Shown piece after piece: positions 11,205 through 23,400 of a stretch of 64,000 bases of DNA (position 1 is its first letter; each line of letters starts with the position of its first letter). The translations under genes and the position numbers were made by a program. This stretch comes from Pseudogymnoascus verrucosus. Taxonomy: Eukaryota. The notes below the pieces were generated by a model. That model ran no database searches and was not told the DNA's origin. It saw only the letters and a program-made list of their open reading frames with translations. The stretch lies in assembly GCA_001662655.1 (NCBI GenBank), contig KV460218.1; one strand, 5' to 3'.

Positions 11205-14200
11205 TGTAATACTAGGTCTTAAACTATAAGACTTATAGAGGTTTTATTACATTAGTTTACTTAATAGAGGAGGTAGGGGATTAGACATAAAGGCTTTTAT
11301 AAAACACGTTATAGTATATAACAAATACTATATTAAGTTAAGTATAAAGCTCCTATCTAAGGAATAACTATCTACTTATATAGTAGCGTTATGCTAAAGG
11401 GAATAGTTAGAATAGTAGACTCTCTAACTATTCTTACTATTCCTACTAATCTAATTACATATGTGTTCTATAAGAGGTGCTATACTTATTATAGGTGCTA
11501 ATTCCTATAGGTGCCTTTCTAAGGAAGCACCTTACTCTATATAGGTGCCTTTCCTAATAGGCATCTCTCTTTTGCTAGGTACCTTCTAAGAAAGGTACCT
11601 TTTCCTAAAGGTGCCCTTATTAACTAAGCTACCTATAATCTTTATGTCTATTTCCTACTACTAATTAGCTATAAGCTATTTTACCTTATTACTCTATCTT
11701 ATAGCATATAGGTTGTATGTTTTAGCTATAACACTAGGTCCTCTCCCTTAAGGCCTAGTCCTATAAGCCTTACTAACTAAGAGTCCTACTAGCCTACTTA
11801 AGCATAGTAGGTCCCCTATATTTATAGGGTAGGTAAGGCTACAACTATGTCTTCCTCTAAACACTTGAAAATTAAAGAACGCAAACTACTTACTAACTAC
11901 ATAACCTATAAAGGGGTTAAAATGCCTCCCTATTCCTATTATAAGAAACGAGGTCTCTACTACCTTGCTTCCACTTCCTCTAAACGATGTAATAAATATG
12001 TTTATATAAATTCCTACAACTATAACGTCTCTAGCCCTTCTACTAGCAACTAGCAGTTGCTATAGAAAGAAGAAGATTATCTTTACCTTAAAACTTATAT
12101 AACCTATAAAGCTATAGTAACTACTATAGCGTGTCTTAACTGCCTTAAGTAACAGTAGGACCTCCTTAAGACCTAAGGTGCTAAGATGCTTTATTATAGC
12201 TTAAAGACCCTAGACGAGCTAAAGGAGGTAGAGGAACGTAAACAGCATAAGGCTAAAGCCTACGCTTACCTTGCTAGCCTTTCTACTACTAACCCTAAGG
12301 GCGTTGCTTCTAAGCACAACTACCTATCTACCCTTTCCCTTAGGTTCTTTAATTGCTAGGGTGTTAACAGTAGAACTCTACTAGCAACTCTAGGCAGCTA
12401 AGGTTTCCCCTTAACTCCTATAAGTTGTCTATAGGTTTATAACCTTTCTATTTTATTAAAAACTCTTCTTAGCGTCCTACTAACCTCTTGTCTAAGATTG
12501 CCTTAACCTTATATTTAATAGTTTCATTCTTAGGTTAAAGTTTAGTGTCTGTTGTAATTAGGGCGTCCCCTCTTACTAGTTCTAATAATGAAATATAAAA
12601 CACTAAGTAGAGTTTAGAGTTCTTAGGTAGCTATAGCTTATAATTAACTAAGCTAACTTTCTCTAATATCTTAAATAGTCCTAATTTCTTAAAGTCTAAC
12701 TTTGTACTTAGTCGTTTTGTTTTAATGTGTTTCTAGAGTAGGTATACTTTATCCCCCTCCTTAAAGGTAGGTTCTATACTACGCTTCCTATTTACATATA
12801 TAGTAGATCGTTTATTTAAGAACTAGATGTCCATTATAAGTTGTTTCTAGAAGGAGAGTATCTTTAATACTTCTAACGTTCCTTCCTTAGAACGAAATTT
12901 ATCTAGTCTTAGCATCTTATATACCTCTAGTTGCTATCTATTGTTAGTAAAGAATAGTAAGACTTTTGTTACCTCTAATAATGCTAAGTTGTATACAAAT
13001 TCTGCTAAATGTAAGTACTAAACCTAATTGTCCTATTTAGTGTTAACATAGCTTTATAAATATACTTCTAACGTCTAGTTAGTTTGTTCTATTTGTCTAT
13101 CTATTTATAGATAAAAAGCTATAGATAGCTTATAGTTTGTTCTAAGCTGCACTATAACTGTCTACTAGAATTTAGATGTAAAGAGCTTGTCTTAATTTAA
13201 AATTATCTTGTCTAGTAGTCTATATGCTATAACGATAACTTTTAGAAAGATATATACTAATGCCTTTATGTCTAACGCTTCCCTAAACAGTGTAAAGTGT
13301 GCTTCCTTTATAAGTTAGCAGTTAGAGACTATAATAGAGTCTGCTATAAATCCTGTCATTAGTTCTTTTAATAGTAGTAACTTAATAATAAAGTTAATTG
13401 CTATTAAGGACTATGCTTGTCCTAGTGTTAGTAGTGACTTTAAAAGTCTATATAGTGCATGTCTATTTGCTTTTAACTTCTAGTAAATGTTACATCTTAA
13501 CATAACTGTTTCTACCTACTTCCTTAGTCCTAGGAAGTAGTAGTATTATGCGATTTGTTTAAAGGTTCGTGTTACTCCTTAATAACTATGTGCTAGCAAC
13601 GAGTGTTGTTCTTATACTAGTAGGCGTCTTATTTAACTTAGGATATATACTAATCCTTTAAATTAGATTAGCCCTTATTCGTTAATAGAGAAGTTTCCTT
13701 TAACTTTATTTAGGGTTCACTTTGCTATTTCGTCTATTGTATAAGCGTTCTTAAGTCTCTGCTTAAGTTCTATATCTTTTATAATGGCAATTATAGCTAG
13801 TAATTTGTTATATTACATTCCTATGTCTATTCTCCTTAATATTGCTCTAGGTCTTTCTTCCTTTAGGCTAACGTAGTTAGTCCTTCTACTAAGAGCATCT
13901 ACTCTTATATTCTTAGAGCCCTTATAATAGGTTATTATAAAGTTGTAGGCTATAAGGGTTTCTGCCTAGCAGACTTGTCTATAGTTTAGAACCTTAGTTA
14001 TAGTAAAGTATATAAGGTTCTTATAATCTATCTATACCTATATAGGGTAGGTAGATCCCTTAAGATATACTTGCTACTGTTTAAAGGCAACAATAATAGC
14101 TAGTAGCTCCTTATTGTAGATATTATAGTTAAGTTCTATAGGTAATAGTTTCCTAGAGTAGTATGTAATTGGTTTAAACTTACTGTTCTTGTCTAGCTAA

Positions 14201-17200
14201 TTTAGACATGCTCTAATTATAAAGTCTAAAGAGTCTATCTTAAGGATAATCTTCCTTATAGGGTTAAATGTAGCAAGGATAGGTGCCTCTATAAACTTTA
14301 TCTTAAGTTCCTAGAAGGTAGCCTTTACCTTGTTTGTTTAGTTAAACGTAAGACCTTTCCTAGTAAGCTCTATAAGTAGTTAAGCTACCTTAGAATATCC
14401 TATAATAAACTAGTAGTAGAAGTTAGCAAAGCTTAAGAAGGCTTACACTTCTTTAACTATAGTTAGCGTTAGCTATTCTAACACTACTATAACCTTTACT
14501 TAGTCTATCTTAATACTGTGCGTTCTAATAATGTAACCTAAGAATTTAACTTAGTTCTTATAGAACTTACACTTTTCTAGCTTTAATAGTAGGTTGTATT
14601 CTTTTAGCTTCTAAAGGACAAGTTTAATATACTAGGCATATTTGTCCTCGTTTACTAAGTATACTAGTATATTGTCTAAGTAAACAATTGTAAATATGTC
14701 TAGATATTTGTATAAAGTATCATTTATTAAGCGTTATATAGATATAGGGGCGTTAGTTAGCCTAAAGGGTATAACTTAATATTTAAATAGGCTATAGTAG
14801 GTATAGAATGCTGTTTTCTACTCCTTGCTGTTAGCTATCTAGATTAGGTTGTATACACTATATAGGTCTAGCTTAGTAAAGATCTTAGCTCCTTAGAATC
14901 TATTATATAACTTATTAATTAATAGTAAGGCGTATTAATCCTTTATCGTTATATTGTTTAATGCTTAATAGTCTATATAGGGTCGTTTACTCCTATCTTT
15001 CTTAAGGACCTATAACATTAGGCTTCCTATAGGAGATTTAGATAGTCTAATAAATCCTTTTTTAAGGTTATTGTTAATATACTCCTTTAGTAGTTTTAAC
15101 TCATCTACTAACATCTAGTATATTAGTTTAAATAGTAGACTCTTTCCTTCTTCTAAAGGTATTATGTAATCCTATAGTTAGTGCTTAAGAAGCGCCTTAT
15201 TCTTAGGGCCTTCCTAGAATAGCTACTTATATTCCTTATACTCTACTAGTATACTTGTTAGTAAGGGTGCCTAGGCTAGGTTACTAGGCTCTATAGAGGT
15301 TGCATATACCTTACGTTAGCCCTAAGAGGGTTTCTCTTATTATAGTGTGTCCGTTTATTGTTTATATACACATTAGCTCATTATAACTTTCTTGTTCTAC
15401 TAGTTGATCTAGGGGTTGTGTTTCTTAAGCTATAGTATACTAAGGATACATATATAATTATCTATATATAATGTTAAATTAGATTGTTTCCCTATGTCTA
15501 CATAGCATAACTATTTCTAATAGGACTGTTTTGTAGGTTACTATCCCCTTATTAGTTAAGATAGGCTCTCTATCTATAACTATTAGTAGGTAAGGATTAG
15601 TTTTTAATTATGTCTTAAAACCTTACGTTTCTACTACTTTCTTCGTTATAAAGTTGCCTATTGCTCCTAAGTTAATTATTGCTTAGAGGTGTTGCTGTTA
15701 TATCTTAGTAACTATATATAGCTATATACTGCCTTTTATAGCACATAGCTGTTTCGTCCTAGGCCTATTCTTATTGCTTATTAGTAGCCTACTGTTAAGG
15801 ACTCCTAGTTTTTTAACTTATCTAAGGAATAATAGTAATGTTCATCATCCTCTATAGGCAGTCCTTAGGAAGATTGTCTTCCCTATCCCTCTACTTTATC
15901 TAGCAGGTGTAGGTATTTCTTATATACCTATTGTTATTGCTTCTTTAAAGGTAGTTCTCCTTTAGACTAGCTTTGTCTAAGGGCATTAATTTAGTCTATA
16001 TCTATAAAGTAGACCTAAGGTGCAATTTTTAGAAATAATTAATACTAGTTCTTTTTTTATAGGTAACTCTTATAGTTATTGTACTTATAGTGTTCCTAGA
16101 ATATATATAGGTGCTAGGGATAATTAATCCTTAATGCATCTAATTTTGTTAATTCCTATTCCTCTTTTGCCTTACCTATAAGCTTAGATTTCTCTATAGT
16201 TATATATAACCTTTCTATATCCCTATTAGTAGGTTTATAGTTTATAGCAGCTTAGTCTACTTGTAGCTCCTAGGGTTTAGGTCCCTAAGTGTTTTCCTAT
16301 TGTTCGTCTTATACGTTATATTCTATAAGCTTGTATTTTAACTAAATAGTAGCTTCCTTAGCAGTGTAGTTTGCTCCTTAGGGTTCCCTCCCTTATAGGT
16401 ATCTAGGGCAACACCTTATAGTACAAACTATAACTTCCTAGTCTTGTCTAGTGCCTATCTATCCTAATAGGGGTAGTGGCATAGGAATCGCTTAGAGGGT
16501 CCCTTTATAAAGCATGCTCTGCCTATAGATATCTACTACTCCTAGTAGATTCTCCTTAAAGGTAATCCCCTTTACATCTTCTTTAAACTCTTTTAGCCTA
16601 AGTTTCTAGGATTCTATTAATCCCTTGTTTAGGCGTTTGTTTTCAACTTTAAGCAATGCATTAAACTTGTTAAGATCCTCGTTGTCTAAGCTCTGCCCTT
16701 CTAGGGTGCTAACACTATTAACTCCCTAATTAGGTTTGTCTATAAACATAGCGTTTAGTTATTTCTTAAACTTATACCCCTCGTTCCCCTTCCTTAGTTG
16801 CTTATAGTCCCTAGCTAGGTAGCTAGGCTTACTATAATTAAAGTACAATTGCTCCTTAATTTGCTTTTCCTTTTAGGGGTTGTAGGATCTCTCGTTCTTA
16901 AACGTAGCATTAAGTTCTATAGGATCTAACCATTAGTTGTCTTGCTAGTAGTTGTCCTATCTTCTACCTTCATTCTTTTAGTAGCTGTTATACTTCTTTA
17001 GTTTGTTATAGTTCCTTTTTTCTTTCTAGAACTTATATAGCTAGTTGTTGATTTAGACTATGTGTTTAATTAGCAACACTATATCTATAAGCTGATTCTC
17101 TATTTATATAAGTTCTAGGTAGACATAACTTTTTAAGCTATAGCGATAGTAACTAATAAGCGCTTCTATATCCTAGTAAGTTTAATTACTATACCTCTAG

Positions 17201-18286
17201 AACTTAGTAGAGTACATTAACACACTTCCTGTCTGTTTCAACAGATATAGGTAGTCTTCTATAGTCTTAACTTTGTTGATGTTGCTAAATATACATTATA
17301 TTTCCTTCTTAAACCCCTTCTATTTACTAAAGATAACGTTAGTTGTAGCCATTATGCTTATTATGTCTTTATAGGCAAAATAGTCTTTAAGGAATAGTTT
17401 AATCCATTAGAGAGCCTCTCCTCTTAAGTAGGAGGCTGTCTATATAGTATAGCTTTTAGTAGTTAGGAACTTGTTATTATTAAAGTGTTAGTATAGTTTA
17501 ACCTATAGTAGGAATACCTTAAGTTCCTTTCTATTACTAGAGAACGTGTTAGGGAGCTTAACTTAAAGAGTCTCCTTAAGTTCTAACATAATAGGTAGTG
17601 TATCTAGCATCTCCTTATTCTTAAGTAGAATGTTCTATAATAACTATAGGGTTAGTGTATTAGGTTGTTTAATAACACTCCCTCTTAGGCTTAGAATAGT
17701 TAGAGCTATAGTTGCTTTACTATATAAGCTAGTACCTTATAGAAGTAGTGCTTAAAGTGTAACGCTAGGTCTTAACTATAAGACTTATAGAGGTTTTATT
17801 ATGTTAGGTTACTTAATAGAGGAGGTAGGGGATTAGACACTAAAGGCTTTTATAAAACACATTATAGTATATAACAAATACTATATTAAGTTAAGCACGA
17901 AGCTCCTATCTAAGAACTATCTATCTACTTATATAGTAGCGTTATACTAAAGGGAATAGTTAGAATAGTAGACTCTCTAACTATTCTTACTATTCCTACT
18001 AATCTAATTACATATGTGTCCTATAAGAGGTGCTATACTTATTACAAGTACTGATTCCTATAGGTGCCTTTTTAAGGAGGTACCTTGCTCTATATAGGTG
18101 CCTTTCCTAATAGGCACCTCTCTTTTACTAGGTACCTTCTAAGAAAGGTACCTTTTCCTAAAGGTGCCCTTATTAACTAAGCTACCTATAATCTCTATGT
18201 CCATTTCCTACTACTAATTAGCTATAAGCTATTTTACCTTATTACTTTATCCTATAGTATATAGGTTGTATGTTTTAGCTATAACA
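11205..18286 (-). mobile_element. Full-length (7082 bp) chromovirus-type Ty3/Gypsy element, family A copy 2, heavily RIP-mutated
   Basis: Two ~529-bp LTRs (11205-11733, 17758-18286). 5-bp TSD TTAGA at 11200-11204 and 18287-18291. Polypurine tract near 11740-11751. pol is collinear with copy 1. Chromodomain remnant at ~12370-12515 (YKVKAILDKRLVGR*EEFLIK*KGYKPIDNL*E). Confidence 0.95.
11847..12401 (+). pseudogene. RIP-damaged antisense ORF (~184 codons) of the retrotransposon; six-Cys cluster plus coiled coil
   Basis: Single frame from ATG 11847 to TAA 12401, with internal stops all of RIP type (TAG/TAA). Tyr codons fall at the spacing expected of Cys (TGY>TAY). The downstream part is helical and charged (LKTLDELKEVEERK). 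Confidence 0.65.
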
Positions 18287-19557
18287 TTAGAGTCCTTAAC
18301 TATAGATTTAAGTAAGAGAGGACATTCTACAGCTTATATAGAACTAGTCTTATAGCTTAGAACCTACTCTTAATGTTCTACTCTATAAATGTAGCTTTAA
18401 AGGCTTCTTTAAATGTAGAGAGGAACTTAAGCTTTATAATGTAGTTTAGCTAGTTCTATATAAAGGTTTTAATCTACTTTCTATATAAAAGCTTTAGTAG
18501 TGTAAAGTAGCTTACATTAAGAGGCTAAAGAATATATAATAAGTATAGTGGTATATAGAGGGTAATTATCTTCTATTCTATATAGTAGTATTAAAATTAA
18601 GTAGAGAGGTAGCTCTTATATCTGTTAAGAATAAGAAGGTAATAGGTTCTAACTATATAAGCATTTGTATACTAATTGAAATGTTAAATCTACTTATACC
18701 TAATTAAATTTAAAGTCTACCTATTCTTACTTAGTGTAATTACCTAATTGTCTAGTAATCTTAAGTCCTTATACTAAGTAGAGAGGTAATTCTATACCTT
18801 AAAAATAATAAATAGTAAGAGTGCCTATTTATACAAATTAACACCTTAGATAATTAACACCTACTCTCTATTTCTAAGCTATATAGTCTTTAGATAGCTC
18901 TTTACTTCTAAGCTTATAACTACCTTTATAGTAGTAATAACTCCTATTATAAAACCTGCTTTATTAAAGTTGTAGATATCCTGCTCTAAGATTCTATATT
19001 TTACAACTATGTTTTGTATAAGAGTAAACTACCCTTAAATTATCTTAAGATCTTTACATTTTGCTTGTTTATAATTATACTTCTAACTAAACTTTGCTTT
19101 AATTTCTATATAACGCTTTATAAAGTTAGTAGTCTAGTTCTTCCTAATAGGGCTTACACCTTATTTAGAAAGTAAAAGGTCTACTATTTCTTATATACCT
19201 TATAGCTAAGGTAGAAATCTATGTAAATCTAGGTTAAGGATGTACTAAATAAGAGCTAACTCTTTATATAGAGTTAACTTCTATAAGTTAGGGATAGAGT
19301 TGTAAGAGGAAGCTATTCCTTAAATTCGTTAACATAGTGTCGTTTAAGGGATATTATATAATGCTACAGCTTCTTAAACACTTTAAAATTAGCCTTGTCT
19401 AATTGTACTAATAGCAAATAGTATTCTACCCTCCTAATTAGAGGATTTGGCTTATGTTAGTTATAGTATATTAACTGTAATTACGTTAATACATTCTAGT
19501 GTTTTAGTAGGCTACTTACCTATATAGGCCACTTGCTTATAAAATACGTTAGCTATA

Positions 19558-19804
19558 TATAAGGATATAGGGCACTATATTATAAGTAGTTATATATAGA
19601 AGTATAAGTTAGATAGGAGTTAGTATAATCTTATAGGTCTACTATAAAGGATATAAAAAAGATAAAGAGGGAACCCCTTAAGTCTATTCCTCTAAGTATC
19701 TAAAATAGCTCTAACTTAGTTAGCTAGCCCCTAGCTCCCTATATATAACCACCTTAGCTCTAAGTCTAGTCCTAAGAATATATTAAGGATAGGGCATCCT
19801 TATA
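19558..19804 (-). repeat. Family B-related LTR, isolated and RIP-mutated
   Basis: TATAAGGAT...ATCCTTATA termini (RIP form of TGTAAGGAT...ATCCTTACA). The first ~115 bp match 9527-9645. No clean TSD. Confidence 0.75.
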
Positions 19805-20275
19805 GGTTCTAATATATATAGTTATATAGGAAACTTAATATATAGATAAGGGGTTATAAGCTAATATAGTATATTATAGTATAATAGGAAAGAAAACATA
19901 TACTTTTATTATAAATTCTTCTTATATATTATAGAAGCCTAGAAATAGGAGCGCCTCTAGAAGAAGAGCCTATCTTAGCTTACTAAATTAGGCCTTCTAA
20001 TTCCTCTAGAGTTAGAAGACCTAATTACTAGCCTAGAAGCTAAGCCTAAGAGCTAGTATAATAGTGCTAGTGTAGGTAGGAGTAGGCGTGGGAGTAGGCG
20101 TGGGAGTGGGCGTGGGAGTGAGAGTGGGAATGAGGAAGTGATAATTTCGTAGAATTGAATTTATAAGTACTTTTGTATACAATTTACTATGGTTAGGTAC
20201 TTACGGTCGCAATTTGAACGCACGCAACTTGCTTCTACTTTTAAGCGAGTGCGCGCAACTTGCTTCCACCTACGA
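19805..20275. mobile_element. Probable right end of another degenerate DNA transposon
   Basis: RIP-like AT-rich sequence ending in a doubled CGCAACTTGCTTC motif (20223-20267). This resembles the doubled CAAGTTGC in the Fot1-like TIR at 10624. Confidence 0.4.
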
Positions 20276-20468
20276 TTAGAGTAGAATACGATCTATGCAA
20301 AAATAGACATATTTATAAATGTACAGATTTTGAGATGCTTCAAGTCAAAATACATATCATTTTTCTCAGCACAGTTGGTTTCTCGGTACGTGTAGATGGA
20401 CGTTAACCTTTGTCTGACGCTAAATGGTTTTTCTACATGTTCTCCTTCTCCTTTGCCTTCTCCAACAA

Positions 20469-23400
20469 CTAGTACCTGAAGTTGACCTTGCTAGTCCTCC
20501 TCTCACGGATCCAGTCCCTCCTCTTCTTCATCTTATCCTCCTTCGGCACAGTTGCACGCCCCAAGCTCCAAAGCTGCGAGCTCTCCAGCGCCGGCAATTC
20601 CTCCAGATCGACCGTCTTGGATTTCCGCCCCGTAGCAGGTGAAGGCGCGCTGATCGGCTCGGCAAAAAGCGTAATTGGTGCTGAACGCTGCGCCGGAATG
20701 CGCGCAGATGGTTCCCAAAGACCCTTAGACGTAGAAACGGGTTTGGGTTGCGCTGGAGCCGGCGGCGTCCATAACCCGGTGTTGATAACTTGAGGGACCT
20801 CGGCCGGCTGGACCGGTGACTCTATGGCGGAGTCGTGTAGCCAGCTACGCACGGTGGCGGTAGCAGCCACGGACTCGGTGACCGACCACAGGGCAGTAGA
20901 ATTGAGTTTTGGCAGCTCCGTAGTTATCTTTGCCGACGACTTCTTGAATGCTGGGCTAATGGTGGGAGTAATACTCGTTATTATCATTTTTGGATTTTGT
21001 TGTTCTGATTGAGAGCCGCGAGGCTGCCAGAGGTCTTTAGACGAAGAAAAAGAAGTGGGGCTCGATGGCGATTGTGCGGGAGGCGCCCACATGATGGGAA
21101 GAGATTGAGTCACAACCAACTGAACCTGAGAAACCGGGGGAGCTTCGTGTAGCCAGCTACGAACCGTAGCCGTGGCAGCCGCCGGCTGCGTCACCGACCA
21201 CAGGCTTGTAGAATCGAGTTTTGGCAACTCCGAGGAAATCTTTACCGACGACCTCTTGAATGCTGGGTCAGCGACGGGAGTAATGCTTGCTACCTTACTT
21301 GCGCCCTGTGATTTTTGTACAGACCAGAGAGGTGTAGACTTCTCAGATGGTCTTATAAGAGAAATTGCAGTCGACCAAAGGCTCTTCTTGGTTGGGCTTT
21401 GAACCGCCTTGACGGGCTTTTGTGCTGATGCTCGCAAAGCTTCCTCGAGCGCATGCGCCCACATTTCCTTTGTAGCCCCTAGTTTCTTTGCCGGGATGGC
21501 AGATGCTTTGATGGCCTCCTTCAAGGCGGCATCCCATTCTGCTGGTGTTGCAGCGTTCATCGGCCTCGATCGTGGCTTTGTCTTCTTTATTTCCTTGGCC
21601 GAAAACGATTCCACCAGCATGAATGGTACATCCATAGCAATAGCATTTCGCTCGCTTTGAAGGCTGGAAGCCTTCGTGCTGACAGTCCTCACTGAGTAAT
21701 CGTCCGACTCCGTTACCATTCCTGGAGAAGTATTCCCCGAGGAAGTGCCAACGGACGGGCTCGTGGGGCGGACAGTAGACTCAGAGATCCAGTCGAACGT
21801 GAAAACAGACACGCGACGGCTATCAGACCACAGCTTGGTTGAGGAGATTATTGGTAGAGGAGCCGTGTTTGGGCGGGGTTTGGTGAACATGGCAATAGCT
21901 GCAGGCTCTTGGGTGGTAACATCTCTGACCTTGGAGGCATCGAGGGTGAAAAGCCCGCTCGAAACGGCAGCTACCTTAGTCTTGGGCGGTGTCCAAAGGT
22001 AAGACGTCGCCTTGGAAGCGGAAGCCTTTAGAGCCTGCTTCTTCTTGAAGGCAACGGTGTCTCTTGGGCCGCTTGGAAGGTGCGATTTCCCATCCCACCA
22101 AGCAGATCTACCATCCGGACGAATGTCTGTAATGAATGCTTCTGGCTCGACTGAAGAAGTGAGAGGTGCTGGGAATTGCATCTGGGCTCCACCAAGCGGG
22201 GTAAGAGCAAGTACCTCTGGATCACTATCCATAGGGCTCTTTGGGCCCGGGCTCTTAGGATTCGGGCTCAAAGGCATAATAGGCATGAATCTAACAACAG
22301 GCGCCCTGCCAGCTGGGACAACCTCGTCGTCAGAGTCGTCGTAGTCTTCAATAATTCTAATCTGTGGCAGCAGGCTATGTCTGCTGGGGACATCGGACGA
22401 ATCTAGAAGATTGGCGATTTCCCACAGGGTAGAGTCATCGAATCCATCGTCGCTGGCCTCGTCTCTGGGAGTGTCGGCATCGAGCGAGGTAGAGTCAGAG
22501 TGGTAATCTTGGTCGTCGTAGTCATCGAAAAATGACGACGAGTACTCCTCGTTAAAATCGTTGGATCCGAGTGTGTTTGGGATCATGAGACGTGGGAGGT
22601 TAGATATAGTAGGCAACGCGGGTTGGTACACCGCCTGGTCACTCTTTTCCCCCCACGGGAACTGGAATATGCCTAAAGTATCCCTTTTGTGTGGTAGTGG
22701 GCTAGGGCTTTCGACTAGTGACAAAGCAATTAGTATGTAAAAATAATAAGAGGATGACGATCAAAAGAAAATATGTACATACCGATATCAGGTAAAAATG
22801 TCATTGCTCTGGACTTCCGAATGGGCTTTTGAGTCTTTGGGCGGGTTACGATACTTGCCGGTCGTGTGTTCTTAGAGCGCCAGAGTCCAGTTGTCGGACG
22901 GACACGGCTAGGAGTTGGCATGTGCCACATATACAAGCTTTCAAGATAAAGAGGCTCGATGGTTCGTCGTTGTGCTGGTCTGACACATAAGGCGGCAGGC
23001 TCGGACGAGGATGGGCGGACCTGGATAGGCTGTTGAGGGAGAGTCCACATGAGGCCAACTACCTGTACGGCCTTTGGAGAGCAAGGCTTCCAGAGATGCG
23101 GTCTACCTGTACGTTGATTCGGACATGGGATTGCAACTACAGCACAGCCCCCAGCAACTACTGCTCTAATAGAAGCTTGCTTAGCCGTGACAACCTTTGC
23201 CGTTGAGAGCGAATTTGAGAAAGATGGCGCATTATTAGCATATGACTTTTGAGCCTCCTCCAACTTGTCTTTCCACAACCCTGGCTTTGCGATCTCCCCA
23301 TTGCGCGTGCTGGTGACAGTAACAATATTCTGGGCAGCCTCCACAATACTCCTAACTCGAGCCTTTCTAGCTTCCTTGATGGAAACAGTATTGATTGAAG

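Larger units (their letters stand above)
10624..19549 (-). mobile_element. Fot1/pogo-type DNA transposon (~1.84 kb without the insert), RIP-inactivated, split by family A copy 2
   Basis: Degenerate ~57-bp terminal inverted repeats (about 10624-10680 and 19493-19549, right end ...ACGT) each flanked by TA. The minus strand near 19440-19320 reads EGRILFAI followed by an HTH-psq-like LYNIP*TTL segment. Confidence 0.82.
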
